A model generated the notes under the pieces. The model was not told the origin of the DNA and ran no database searches. It saw nothing but the letters and a program-made list of their open reading frames with translations. This document shows positions 37,184 to 49,700 of a stretch of 64,000 nucleotides of DNA, in pieces. Position 1 is the first letter of the stretch, and every line of letters starts with the position of its first letter. A program made the translations under genes and the position numbers. The DNA lies in NCBI GenBank assembly GCA_964016885.1, contig OZ024742.1:358546001-358610000 (forward strand), given 5' to 3'. Source of the DNA: Eledone cirrhosa. Its lineage: Eukaryota.

Positions 37184-38751
37184 GTTAGTACTCAAGAGCA
37201 GTCTATGTCCCTCATGTTAGTACTCAAGAGCAGTCTAAGTCCCTCATGTTAGTACTCAAGAGCAGTCTATGTCCGTCATGTTAGTACTCAAGAGCAGTCT
37301 ATGTCCCTCATGTTAGTACTCAAGAGCAGTCTATGTCCCTCATGTTAGTACTCAAGAGCAGTCTAAGTCCCTCATGTTAGTACTCAAGAGCAGTCTATGT
37401 CCGTCATGTTAGTACTCAAGAGCAGTCTATGTCCCTCACGTTAGTACTCAAGAGCAGTCTATGTCCCCCACGTTAGTACTCAAGAGCAGTCTATGTCCCT
37501 CATGTTAGTACTCAAGAGCAGTCTATGTCCGTCATGTTAGTACTCAAGAGCAGTCTATGTCCCTCACGTTAGTACTCAAGAGCAGTCTAAGTCCCTCATG
37601 TTAGTACTCAAGAGCAGTCTATGTCCCTCATGTTAGTACTCAAGAGCAGTCTATGTCCCTCACGTTAGTACTCAAGAGCAGTCTAAGTCCCTCACGTTAG
37701 TACTCAAGAGCAGTCTATGTCCCTCATGTTAGTACTCAAGAGCAGTCTATGTCCCTCATGTTAGTACTCAAGAGCAGTCTATGTCCCTCACGTTAGTACT
37801 CAAGAGCAGTCTATGTCCCTCATGTTAGTACTCAAGAGCAGTCTATGTCCCTCGCGTTAGTACTCAAGAGCAGTCTATGTCCCTCATGTTAGTACTCAAG
37901 AGCAGTCTATGTCCCTCATGTTAGTACTCAAGAGCAGTCTATGTCCCTCATGTTAGTACTCAAGAGCAGTCTATGTCCCTCATGTTAGTACTCAAGAGGA
38001 GCCTAAGTCCCTCACGTTAGTACTCAAGAAGAGCCTATGTCCCTCATGTTAGTACTCAAGAGCAGTCTATGTCCCTCATGTTAGTACTCAAGAGCAGTCT
38101 AAGTCCCTCACGTTAGTACTCAAGAAGAGCCTATGTCCCTCATGTTAGTACTCAAGAGCAGTCTATGTCCCTCATGTTAGTACTCAAGAGGAGCCTATGT
38201 CCCTCATGTTAGTACTCAAGAGCAGTCTATGTCCCTCATGTTAGTACTCAAGAGCAGTCTAAGTCCCTCATGTTAGTACTCAAGAGCAGTCTATGTCCCT
38301 CATGTTAGTACTCAAGAGCAGTCTATGTCCCTCACGTTAGTACTCAAGAGCAGTCTATGTCCCTCATGTTAGTACTCAAGAGCAGTCTATGTCCCTCATG
38401 TTAGTACTCAAGAGCAGTCTAAGTCCCTCATGTTAGTACTCAAGAGGAGCCTATGTCCCTCATGTTAGTACTCAAGAGCAGTCTATGTCCCTCATGTTAG
38501 TACTCAAGAAGAGCCTATGTCCATCATGTTAGTACTCAAGAGCAGTCTATGTCCCTCACGTTAGTACTCAAGAAGAGCCTATGTCCATCATGTTAGTACT
38601 CAAGAGCAGTCTATGTCCCTCACGTTAGTACTCAAGAAGAGCCTATGTCCATCATGTTAGTACTCAAGAGCAGTCTATGTCCCTCACGTTAGTACTCAAG
38701 AAGAGCCTATGTCCATCATGTTAGTACTCAAGAGGAGCCTATGTGCCTCAT
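37184..38751. repeat. 32-bp minisatellite, ~49 units
   Basis: Unit GTTAGTACTCAAGAGCAGTCTATGTCCCTCAT, head-to-tail; two variants alternate toward the right end. Confidence 0.97.
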
Positions 38752-39039
38752 ATTATCCCAGAGAATAATGCACAATACTGTGCAATTTTATCATGGCACC
38801 AGCATTACTGAGTTTGTCATGTCTTTGAAATAGCTAAGGAGTTTTCCCCTGGGTCCAGTTATATTGGGGGGAAAAAGGAACAACTGCTTGCAGCCCCCTG
38901 CAGTTGTGGGGGGGGGGGGGGGGGGGCACCAACAGCAGCCATAGCAATTTATTTATGCCCTCAGCTGGGATTTTTAGTTTTAGGATGGCTAGAATTCTTT
39001 TAATTTAATATAAAATAATTATAATGAAATGATTGTGTA

Positions 39040-39420
39040 CAAAAAATAATTATAATTAAATGATTGTGCACTACAACTCATCAAAGGTGCATGTATAGTA
39101 CATAGAATAATATACAAATCTCAGGAAAGTGAATAGTGTATGAGTCATGATATACATGTGTGTATGTGTACGGAGGGGGGATATCAGGTGTAGTTGGCGA
39201 ATCTCAGGAAGCATGGAGGTTTTAAAGGATACAGTGTCTCAACAGCTGATGCAGATAGTTTGTTCCATGCTTCAGCAACTCTGAACATAAAAAAATGTTT
39301 CCGAAAGAAGTCATGAGAGCTGTTTTTTTACTTTGTAGGCATGCCCACGTGTGTTAGACACATGGAAATCAAAAGGTCGTTCAAGGTTGTTGTTGGCAAA
39401 ATGGTTAATAATTTTGTATA
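39040..39420 (-). mobile_element. CR1/L2-group LINE 3' fragment (unexpanded)
   Basis: Reverse-complement homolog of 41830-42238. Confidence 0.85.
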
Positions 39421-39734
39421 ACTTTTCAATTCCAATTACTTGCAAGGAGGAAAGGCAAAGCTAACTTTGATATTAAAATTGAGAGGTTTGCTGTATATTC
39501 TAATTTTTTAGGTATGAAGGAGTCCCCAAACCTAAAGTACCCCAGGCCTCCCGAGGTCTAAATCCAACCCTGGTTTTCCAGGCCCTTTGTTTGACAGGTT
39601 TTCCATGGCTGGATGCCCTTCCTGTCACCAACCACTTAACAGACTGAACTGAATTACTGAACACCATGTAAAGCACCAACACTGTTATAGTGGATTGGCA
39701 GTATCGGTAGAGGGTCTGACGCCATGCTTTGCAG

Positions 39735-39880
39735 CAAAGAGTTATGGCCCTTTATGATCTGAGTTCAAATCCCGCCGAGGTCAACCTTGCCTTACATCCT
39801 TACGGGGTCGATAAAATAAAGCACCAGTAATACACTGGAATAATTGCTGGCCTTGTGCCAAAAGTAGAAACAATTATTAT
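39735..39880 (+). mobile_element. tRNA-derived SINE
   Basis: B box GAGTTCAAATCC, central CCTTACATCCTTACGGGGTCGATAAAATAAAGCACCAG, tail GAAACAATTATT. Confidence 0.8.
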
Positions 39881-39984
39881 AGATATAAAACAAAATGAAA
39901 GAATAGATGAGCTGAAATAGAAAGTGAAAGTTTGATAAGATGGTGTTTAGTGTGAAGGATATTGTGACAAATGCTAGAAAAGGG

Positions 39985-40253
39985 ATTTAGAAAAAGCAGA
40001 AAGTATGATATATGACAAAATATGGCATCCGAGATGGGGTGCAGAAGAGAAGAATGCATTGGTATGGACAATAACTGATGGGTGAAGAAATGCCAGGAAA
40101 GCACAATAAAGGATGACCAAGAAAGACCTGGGCAGAGATTGCGAGAGCGGACGTCAAATTGATAAGACTCACAGAGGAGCTGACAAAGGAACGTGCCATG
40201 CTGAGTAGGACCCATCCAACCCATGCTAGCATGGAAAAACAATGATGATGATG
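39985..40253 (+). mobile_element. RTE 3' fragment, decayed
   Basis: TGGTATGGACA..CCAAGAAAGACCTGGGC..CCAACCCATGCTAGCATGGAAAAAC and (GAT)n tail. Confidence 0.75.
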
Positions 40254-40689
40254 GAAATCGGGGATAACTTATGAGAAATGCAATAACCAAGTCATAAACG
40301 AGTGAAAACAAATAGAAAAAAATCAATAACATATAAATACATGTGTATGTATATGTAAAAATATATATGTAGAGAGGTATGAATGTTAATATGTGTAAAC
40401 GTGTATATATTGTAGTGTGTAAACAGGAACTGTTTTTGAATTCGTTTATATAATACAATCACATCTTGTAACATATATCATGATTATCATCAACTGATTT
40501 TACAATATATAATTGTTTCTACTTGAATTTGAAATTGCTTTTTAAATGCTTATATGAGAGATTCTTTCACACTATCTCCTACTCTATTCAACTGTGAAGC
40601 GAACTTAGTATTTATAGAACTGAGTTAAAACCTCATCTTACTACTGCTATCAAGCATTAGTGTTGTTGTTGTTGTTGTTGTTGTCATCA

Positions 40690-40913
40690 GTGGCAGAGAC
40701 TATCAGTTGTTTCAGACAGTAAGTTCTCCAGTTGATTCAATTGAAGGAACTGCCTACTGGTGAAATTAATGTAAACTATTTATGTAGTTCTCAGGGAGAT
40801 TCAGCATAACAAACTGTATGACAAGGCTCGACCCTTGAATTATTATAGATACACCTCAATTTTGTCAGCTTAGTGGACTGGAGTAATGTGATATAAAGTG
40901 TCTTGCTCAAGGA
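40690..40913 (-). mobile_element. CORE-type SINE fragment
   Basis: GACTGGAGTAATGTGATATAAAGTGTCTTGCTCAAGGA matches 10830-10868. Confidence 0.6.
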
Positions 40914-41775
40914 GTCAATTATCCAACATAGTTATATTTAACATCTAAGATATTGCTGGATAACAGTGTCATCATCCTCATAATCCTTTTTTAATGTCTG
41001 CTTTCTTTACTAGCAAGGGTTTGATAGATCTATATAGACCAAGTCAATACTGAAGCAGGGCTGCTGACCTCCCAAACGGGCTTAGGAGTCTGAATCTTAC
41101 TTACGTTCTATTGAGTGTAGAAGAGTAGTTTCCTTATATTTTGACACAACCCTTTGTTTGGAAAGTTTTCTATGAGTGAATAACCTCCCCTTCTAAACAC
41201 CATTAATTTTACAGCATATATTACATGCTTTTATTGTGTAGGTGCAGATGCCCAACTACTTTATATCATTTACTGGGAATGTTTATTGTGTGGATCACCA
41301 ACACTAGGGTGTTGTCCTTGACACAAGTGATATATAATGATTTCTCTTTTAAACACAAGGTGAGAAATTTGTGGGAAGAGGAACATCAAATATGTCAAAC
41401 CTAGTACTTAACTAGTATTTTTGACCTCAGAATGATGAAAAGCAAAGTAGACTCTGGCAAGATTTGAACACAGGATTCAATAATCAAGAACTAAATGCCA
41501 CAAAGCAGTTTGTCCACTGCTCTGTTGGGTCTGCATCACTACCCCCGCCCCCCCCCCCACCACCCCGAAATATAAAAAAAAAATGGTTTCTTTTTGAGAA
41601 GCAGTCAAGAATTTCAAGAATAAAAAGAAAGTGATAAAGAGAGACAGAGAAAAACAAGTTCCCAGTAATACACTGGTACTTTATCCATCTCAAAATAAAG
41701 TCTTCTTTGTTCACTCAACAAAAAGAGGAAAAGTAAAATTGACCAGAGTGATTGGTACAAATGTAGCCTCCACAT

Positions 41776-42238
41776 TTGTATATGGATACATTGAAGCTCC
41801 GACGTCCTGCAACTGACTTGGTAAACACCTACACAATTATTAACCATCTTGCCAACAACAACTCTGAGTACCACCTTTTCAATTTCCATGTGTCTAACAC
41901 ATGTGGGCATGCACACAAATTCAGAAAACAGCACAGCTCCCATGACTTTCGGAAACATTTCTTCATGCTCAGAATTGCTGAAGCATGGAACAAACTACCT
42001 GCATCAGTTGTTAGCTGCTGGGACACTGCATCCTTTAAAACCTCCATGCTTCCTGAGATTCGCCAACACTACACCTAATATTCCCCCTCCATAAACATAC
42101 ACACATATGTATATCATGACTCATACACTATTCACTTCTCTGACATTTGTATATTATTCTATGTACCATACATGTACTTTTGATGAGTTGTAGTGCACCT
42201 GAGCACTGTACACAATAATTTCATTATTATTATTATTA
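41776..42238 (+). mobile_element. CR1/L2-group LINE 3' fragment (unexpanded)
   Basis: MDTLKLRR..HDFRKHFFMLRIAEAWNKLPASVVSCWDTASFKTSMLPEIRQHYT*, then 3' UTR and (ATT)n tail. Confidence 0.88.
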
Positions 42239-42311
42239 AAATACAGATGTAATTTTAAAATGACATCTCCATGGCTTTGCTACTTTGCAGCCTTCTAATG
42301 AATTAAAATAA

Positions 42312-42735
42312 TCATCACCATTTAACATCTATTTTCCATATGTTTATGGGTTAGATGGGTTGTCACATTGTGAGACCAGTCAGTTCAGGGTACAACCTCA
42401 TGCTCATATGGATCAGTAGTTTGGCTTGATGCCCTTTCTAATGCCAACCTTTTACCGTGTGAACTGGGTGATTTGTATCATGGTAGCAAAATGACCATCA
42501 AGCAAGGTGGACTGAGTGATTTTTTCATGTCACCAGCATGACTACCTTATAGGGTAGACTGGGTACTTTTTATTCTTGTCACTAGCGATGCCACCTTACA
42601 GGGTAGACTGGGTACTTTTATTCATGTCTCCAACATGACCACCTTACAAGGTGTAGTGGGTGTGCTTTATTCATTTCCCTAGCACAACCACCTTGCAGGG
42701 TAGAGTGGGTGCTTTTCCTCATGTCACCAGCATCT
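42312..42735 (-). mobile_element. RTE-tailed SINE with ~6 diverged ~48-bp units
   Basis: Tail at 42312, GGCTTGATGCCCTTTCTAATGCCAACC, and units at ~42451, 42500, 42547, 42596, 42644 and 42693. Confidence 0.75.
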
Positions 42736-42854
42736 AACAGGAATGATTCAAACAATTTCTGTTATAAAAGAGAAAACACATTGTACCTGATATAAGACCA
42801 AATTGGATGGAATGTCCATGTCTGGAATGCTTGCAAATATAAATTCGCTCAATG

Positions 42855-42960
42855 TGAGTTGAGAGGACCCCCATATGAGTTGAGAGGACCCCTTATGAGT
42901 TGAGAGGAGCCCTTATGAGTTGAGAGGAGCCCTTATGAGTTGAGAGGACGCCTTATGAGT
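42855..42960. repeat. 20-bp minisatellite, ~5 units
   Basis: TATGAGTTGAGAGGA(C/G)CCCT repeated. Confidence 0.9.
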
Positions 42961-43127
42961 AGCTCCTGACTACAATTGAATCTCATCTGCTTTAACACCA
43001 TTACTTAGCTCTCCTGCATACCTTTAACCTCTTCATAACTCTATTTCAAATGAAATACATTGTTTCTTAATTAATTAATGAAAAATTGTGAGGGATTTAA
43101 TAAAATGATTCATTATTTCATTGTTAG

Positions 43128-43228
43128 CCGCAGGTGTGAGCCTCGCAAGTTGTAATGGCTCTTCCAGCGCGTCTCCCTTGCCGTCCTCCAGGGAAACACC
43201 TTCTCTATTCTGTCCACCAGGGCTGTAG
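43128..43228 (+). CDS. Candidate short terminal exon
   Basis: GC-rich island after TTCATTATTTCATTGTTAG reading AGVSLASCNGSSSASPLPSSRETPSLFCPPGL*. Confidence 0.3.
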
Positions 43229-43340
43229 GGAGGCCACTAATATGATTGACTGACTTGTCATTTTATCAGTCAACCGTTGCTGTCGTTAACAGTTTAAAAC
43301 TTATTTCATAACATAGTATATAGTTCTTATGTGAAATAAT

Positions 43341-43460
43341 TGTTTCTACTTTTGACACAAGGCCAACAATTATCTCAGTGTATTACTGGTACTTTATTTT
43401 ATCGACCCTGAAAGGATGAAATGCAAAGTTAACCTCGGCGGGATTTGAACTCAGACCATA
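43341..43460 (-). mobile_element. 5'-truncated tRNA-derived SINE with 12-bp TSD
   Basis: ATGTGAAATAAT at 43329-43340 and 43461-43472; B box on the minus strand. Confidence 0.8.
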
Positions 43461-43704
43461 ATGTGAAATAATGCTGTAAAATGACTGGTTTTGTTTGTTA
43501 GAATCAGAGCTAGTATTTGGTCAGGCTGGTATCAAAAGTGTTAATAGAGACCACTCTGTTGCAGCATTTGGGCTAGACCTTAAGTCTGAAGATAACCCTT
43601 ATCAGCACATCTAGAAAGAAGCAGTGGAGAAGTTATCTTCCCACAGGAGACATGTTTAGTGCTAGTATTCATGACACAATAGTGATCAATAAACTTATCA
43701 TTGT

Positions 43705-46700
43705 TAGTGTTGGTGTAATGTTATTGGCCATGGGTTGATGGTAGTTGTACTGGTGGTAGTGGTGGTGGTAGTTGTAGTGGTTGTAGTGGTGGTGGTAGTT
43801 GTAATGGTTGTAGTGGTGGTGGTAGTGGTGGTGGTAGTTGTAGTGGTTGTAGTGGTGGGGGTAGTTGCAATGGTTGTAGTGGTGGTGGTAGTGGTGGTGG
43901 TAGTTGTAGTGGTAGTTGTAATGGTTGTAATGGTGGTGGTAGTGATGGTGGTAGTTGTAGTGGTTGTAGTGGTGGTAATGGTTGTAGTGGTGGTGGTAGT
44001 GGTGGTGGTAGTTGTAGTGGGTGTAATGGTGTTAGTAGTTGAGAGTGGTGGTGGTACTTGTAATGTTTGTAGTGGTGGTGGTAGTTGTAATGTTTGTAGT
44101 GGTGGTGGGAGTAGTTGTAATGGTTGTAGTGGTGGCGGTAGTTGTAGTGGTGGAGGTAGTTGTAATGGTTATAGTGGTGGTGGTAGTTGTAATGGTTGTA
44201 GTGGTGGTGGTAGTTGTAATGGTTGTAGTGGTGGTGGTAGTTGTAATGGTTGTAGTGGTGGTGGTAGTTGTAGTGGTGGTGGTATTAGTTGTAGCGGTTG
44301 TAGTGGTGGTGGTAGTTGTAATGGTGGTGGTAGTTATAATGGTTGTAGTGGTAGTTGTAATGTTTGTAGTGGTGGTGGTAGTAGTTGTAATGGTTGTAGT
44401 GGTGGTGGTAGTTGTAGTGGTGGAGGTATTTGTAATGGTTGTAGTGGGGGTGGTAGTTGTAGTGGTTGTAGTGATGGTGGTAGTTGTAATGGTGGTGGTA
44501 GTAGTTGTAATGGTTGTAGTGGTGGCGGTAGTTGTAATGGTGGTGGTAGTTGTAATGGTTGTAGTGGTGATGGTGTTCGTAATGGTTGTAGTGGCAGTGG
44601 TAGTTGTAGTGGGTGTAGTGGTTGTGGTAGTTGTAGAGGTTGTAGTGGTGGTGGTAGTTGTAGTGGTTGTGATGGTTGTGGTAGTTGTTATAGTTGTAGT
44701 GGTGGTGGTAGTTGTTGTCGTGGTGGTGGTAGTTGTTATAGTTGTAGTGGTGGTGGTAGTTGTAATGGTTGTAGTGGTGGTGGTAGTTGTAATGACTGTA
44801 GTGGTGGTCGTGTAATGGTTGTAGTAATGGTGGTAGTTGTAATGGTTTTATTGTTGGTGGTAGTTGTAATGGTTGTATTGGTGGTGGTAGTTGTAATGGT
44901 TGTAGTGGTGGTGGTAGTGGTAGTGGTTGTAGTGGTGGTGGTAGTTGAGATGGTTGTAGTGGTGGTGGTAGTGGTGGTGTTAGTTGTAATGGTTATAGTG
45001 GTGGTAGTAGATGTAGTGGTGGTGGTAGTTGTAATGGTTATAGTGGTGGTGGTAGTTGTAGTGGTGGTGGTAGATGTGATGGTTGTAGTGTTGGTGATAG
45101 TTGTAGTGGCGGTAGTTGTTGTGAATGTTATAGCGGTGGTGGTAGTTGTAATGGGTGAGGTGGTGGCGGTGGTAGTTGTAGTGGTGGTTGTAGTTGTCGT
45201 GTTTGTAGTGGTGGGGTAGTTGTGATGGTGGTGGTATATGTGATGGTTATAGTGGTGGTGGTCGTTGTAATGGTTGTAGTGGTGGTGGTAGTTGTAATGG
45301 TTGTAGTGGTGGTGGTAGTTGTAGTGGTGGAGGTAGTAGTTGTAATGGTTGTAGTTGTGGTGATAGTTGTAATGGGTCTAGTGGTGGTGGTAGTTATAAT
45401 AGTTGTAGTGGTGGTGATAGTTGTAATGGTTGTAGTGGTGGTAGTACATGTAATGGCTGTAGTGGTGGTAGTTTTAATGGTTGTAGTGGTGGTGGTAGTT
45501 GTAATGACTGTAGTGGTAGTAGTGAAATGGTTATAGTAATGGTGGTAGTTGTAATTGTTTTAGTGGTGGTGGTAGTTGTAATGTTTGTAGTTTTGGTGGT
45601 AGTTGTAATGGTTGTAGTAGTGGTCGTAGTTGTAATGGCTGTAGTGGCGGTAGTCCTAATGGTTTTAGTGGTGGTGGTAGTTGTAATGGTTGTAGTGGTG
45701 GTGGTAGTGGTAGTGGATGTAGTGGTGGTGTTATTTGTAATGGTTATAGTGGTGGTGGTAGTGTAGTGGTAGTGGTAGTTGCAATGGTTATAGTGGTGGT
45801 GGTAGATGTGATGGTTGTAGTGTTGGTGATAGTTGTAATGGTGGAAGTTGTTGTGAATGTTATAGCGGTGGTGGTAGTTGTAATGGGTTGAGGTGGTGGT
45901 GGTGGTAGTTGTAGTGGTGATTGTAGTTGTAGTGTTTGTAGTGGTGGTGGTAGTTGTAGTGGTGGTGGTAGTAGTTGTAATGGTTGTAGCGGTGGTGGTT
46001 GTAGTGGTGGTGGTAGTAGTTGTAATGGTTGTAGTGGTGGTGGTTGCTGTAATGGTTGTAGTGGTGGTGGTTGTAGTGGTGATGGTAGTTGTAGTGGTGG
46101 TAGGTGTAATGGTCCTAGTGGTGGTGGTAGTTATAATAGTTGTAGTGGTTGTAGCAGTTGTAATGGTGGTGGTAGTTGTAATGGTTGTAGTGGTGGTGGT
46201 AGTGTTAATGGTTGTAGTGGTGGTGGTAGTTGTAGTGATTGTAGTGGTGGTGATAGTTGTGATGGTTGTAGTAGTGGTGGTAGTTGTAGTGTTGGTGATA
46301 GTTGTAGTGGTTGTAGTTGTAATGGGTGTAGTGAGGGTGGTAGTTGTAATGGGTGTAGTGGTGGTGGTAGTTGTAATGGTTTTAGTGGTGGTGGTAGTTA
46401 TAATAATTGTAGTGGTGGTAGTAGTTTTAGTGGTGGTGATAGTTGTAGTGGTGGTAGTTCTAGTGGTGGTGGTAGTTATAATAGTTGTAGTGGTGGTGGT
46501 TGTTGTAATGGTTGTAGAGGTGGTAGTACTTGTAATGGCTGTAGTGGAGGTAGTTGTAATGGGTGTAGTGGTGGTGGTAGTTGTAATGATTGTAGTGGCA
46601 GTGGTAGTTGTAATGGTTGTAGTGCTGGTGGTAGTTGTGGTGGTGGTTGTAGTGGTGGTGGTTGTTGTAATGGGTGTAGTGGTGGTGGTAGTTGTAATGG

Positions 46701-49700
46701 TTGTGGTCGTGGTGGTAGTTGTAGTGTTTGGAGTGGTGGTGGTAGTTGTGATGATTGTAGTAGTTGTGGTAGTTGTAGTGGTGGTGATAGTTTTAGTGGT
46801 GGTAGTTGTTGTGAATGTTATAGTTGTAGTTGAATGTTATAGTTATGGTAGTTGTAATGTGTTGAGGTGGTGGCAGTGGTGGTAGTTGTAGTGGTGGTTG
46901 TAGTTGTAATGTTTATAGTGGTGGTGGTAGTTGTGATGGTGGCGATAGATGTGATGGTTATAGTGGTGGTGGTAGTTGTAATGACTGTAGTGGTGGTAGT
47001 TGTAATAGGTGAGGTGCTAGTGGTAATTGTGAGGGTTGTAGTGGTGGTGGTCGTTGTAGTAGCAGTTGTAATGGTTGTAGTGGTGGTGGTATTTATAATA
47101 GTTGTAGTGGTGGTGGAATTTGTAATTGTTGTAGTGGTGGTGCTAGTAGTTTTAATGGTTTTAGTGGTTGTGGTATTTATAATGGTTGTAGTGGTGGTAG
47201 TTGTAATGGTGGTGGTTGTTGTAATGGCGGTAGTAGTTGTAATGGTTGTAGCGGTGGTGGGGGTAGTTTTAATGGTTTTAGTGGTGGTGGTAGTTATAAT
47301 GGTTGTAATGGTGGTGGTAGTTGTAGTGGTAGTGGTAGTAGTTGTAATGGTTGTATTTGTGGTGATAGTTGTAATGGTTGTAATGGAGGTGATAGTTGTA
47401 ATGGTTGTTGTGGTGGTAGTAGTTGTAATGGTTGTAGTGGTGCTGGTAGTTGTAATGGTTGTAGTGGTGGTAGTTGTAGTGGTTGTAGTGGTGGTGGTAG
47501 TGGTAGTGGTATTTGTAATTAATGGTTGTAGTGGTGGTAATTGTAATGGTCCTAGTGGTGGTGGTAGTTATAATAGTTGTAATGGTGGTAGCAGTTGTAG
47601 TGGTGGAGATAGTTGTAACGGTTGTAGTGGTGGTAGTACTTATAATGGCTGTAGTGGTAGTAGTTGTAATGGTTGTAGTGCTGGTGGTAGTTGTGGTGGT
47701 AGTTGTAGTGGTGGTGGTAGTTGTAGTGGTGGTGGTAGTTGTAGTGATTGTAGTGGTGGTGATAGTTGTGATGGTTGTAGTACTGGTGGTAGTTGTAGTG
47801 TTGGTGATAGTTGTAGTGGTTGTAGTTGTAATGGGTGTAGTTAGGGTGGTAGTTGTAATGGGTGTAGTGGTGGTGGTAGTTGTAATGGTTTTAGTGGTGG
47901 TGGTAGTTATAATAATTGTAGTGGTGGTAGTAGTTGTAGTGGTGGTGTTAGTTGTAGTGGTGGTAGTTGTAATGGGTGTAGTGGTGGTGATAGTTGTAAT
48001 GGTGGTAGTTCTAGTGGTGGTGGTAGTTATAATAGTTGTAGTGGTGGTGGTAGTTGTAATGGATTTAGTGGTGGTAGTACTTGTAATGGCTGTAGTGGTA
48101 GTAGTTGTAATGGTTGTAATGCTGGTGCTAGTTGTGGTGGTAGATATAGTGGTTGTAGTGGTGGTGGTGGTTGTAATGGATCTAGTGGTGGTGGGAGTTG
48201 TAATGGGTGTAGTGGTGGTGGTAGTTGTAATGGGTGTAGTGGTGGTTGTAGTTATAATAGTTGTAGTGGTGTTAGTAGTTGTAGTGGTGGTGGTAGTTGT
48301 AAAGGGTGTAGTGGTGGTGGTAGTTGTAATGGTTGCAGCGGTGGGGGTAGTTGTAGTGGTTGGAGTGGTGGTGGTAGTTGTGATGGTTGTAGTAGTGGTG
48401 GTAGTTGTAGTGGTGGTGATAATTGTCGTGGTGGTAGTTGTAATAGTTGTAGTGGTGGGGGTAGTTGTAATGGTTGTAGTGGTGGTAGTTGTATTGCGTG
48501 TAGTGGTGGTGGTAGTTGTAATGGGTGTACTGATGGTGGTAGTTGTAATGGTTGTAGTGGTGGTAGTTGTAGTGGGTGTAGTAGTGGTGGTAGTTGTAAT
48601 GGGTGTAGTGATGGTGGTAGTTGTAATGGGTGTGGTGGTGGTGGTTGTAGTGGTTGTAGTAGTGGTGGTAGTTGTAATGGTTGTAGTGGTAGTAGTTGTA
48701 ACGGTGTAGTTGCAATGGGTGTAGTGGTGGTAGTTGTAATGGGTGTAGTGGTGGTCGTAGTTGTAATGGGTGTAGTGGTGGTGGTAGTTGTAATGGGTGT
48801 AGTGGTGGTGGTAGTTGTCTTCGGTGTAGTGCTGGTAGTTGTAATGGGTGTAGTAGTGGTGGTAGTTGAAATGCGTGTAGTGGTGGTGGTAGTTCTAATG
48901 GTTGTAGTTGTGGTAGTTGTAATGGGTGTAGTGGTGTTGGTATTTGTAATGGTTGTAGTGGTGGTGGTAGTAGTTTTAATGTTTTTAGTGGTGGTGGTAG
49001 TTATAATGGTTGAAGTGGTGGTAGTTGTAATGATTGTGGTAGTTGTAGTGGTAGTGGTAGTAGTTTTAAAGGTTGTAGTGGTGGTGGTAGTTGTAATGGT
49101 TTTAGTGCTGGTGGTAGTAGTTGTAATGGTTGTAGTGGTGGTGGTAGTTGTAATGGTTTTAGTGCTGGTGGTAGTAGTTGTAATGGTTGTATTCGTGGTG
49201 ATAGTTGTAATGGTTGTAATGGTGGTGATAGTTGTAATGGTTGTTGTGGTGGTAGTAGTTGTAATGGTTGTAGTGGTGCTGGTAGTTCTAATGGTTATAG
49301 TGGTGGTAGTTGTAGTGGTTGTAGTGGTGGTGTTAGTTGTAGTGGTAGTTGTATTTGTAATGGTTGTAGTGGTGGTAGTTGTAATGGGTCTAGTGGTGGT
49401 GGTAGTTATAATAGTTGTAGTGGTGGTAGCAGTTTTAGTGGTGGTGATAGTTGTAATGGTTGTAGTGGTGGTAGCACTTGTAATGGCTGTAGTGGTAGTA
49501 GTTGTAATGGTTGTAATGCTGGGCGTAGTTGTGGTGGTAGTTGTAGTGGTGGTGGTAGTTGTAATGGTTGTAGAGATGGTAGTTGTAATGGTTGTAATGG
49601 TGCTGGTAATTCTTATGGTTGTAGTGGCAGTGGTAGTTGTAATGGTTGTAGTGGTGGAGGTAGTGTTAATGGTTGTAGTGGTGGTGGTAGTTGTAGTGAT

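Noticed and set aside
36637-37195. Poly-Met, poly-Ile and poly-Asp ORFs
   Set aside because: Translations of a (CAT)n tract.
37184-38751. CRISPR array (32-bp repeat length)
   Set aside because: Units are contiguous with no unique spacers, there are no cas genes, and the context is eukaryotic. The same applies to the 49-bp and 61-bp arrays.
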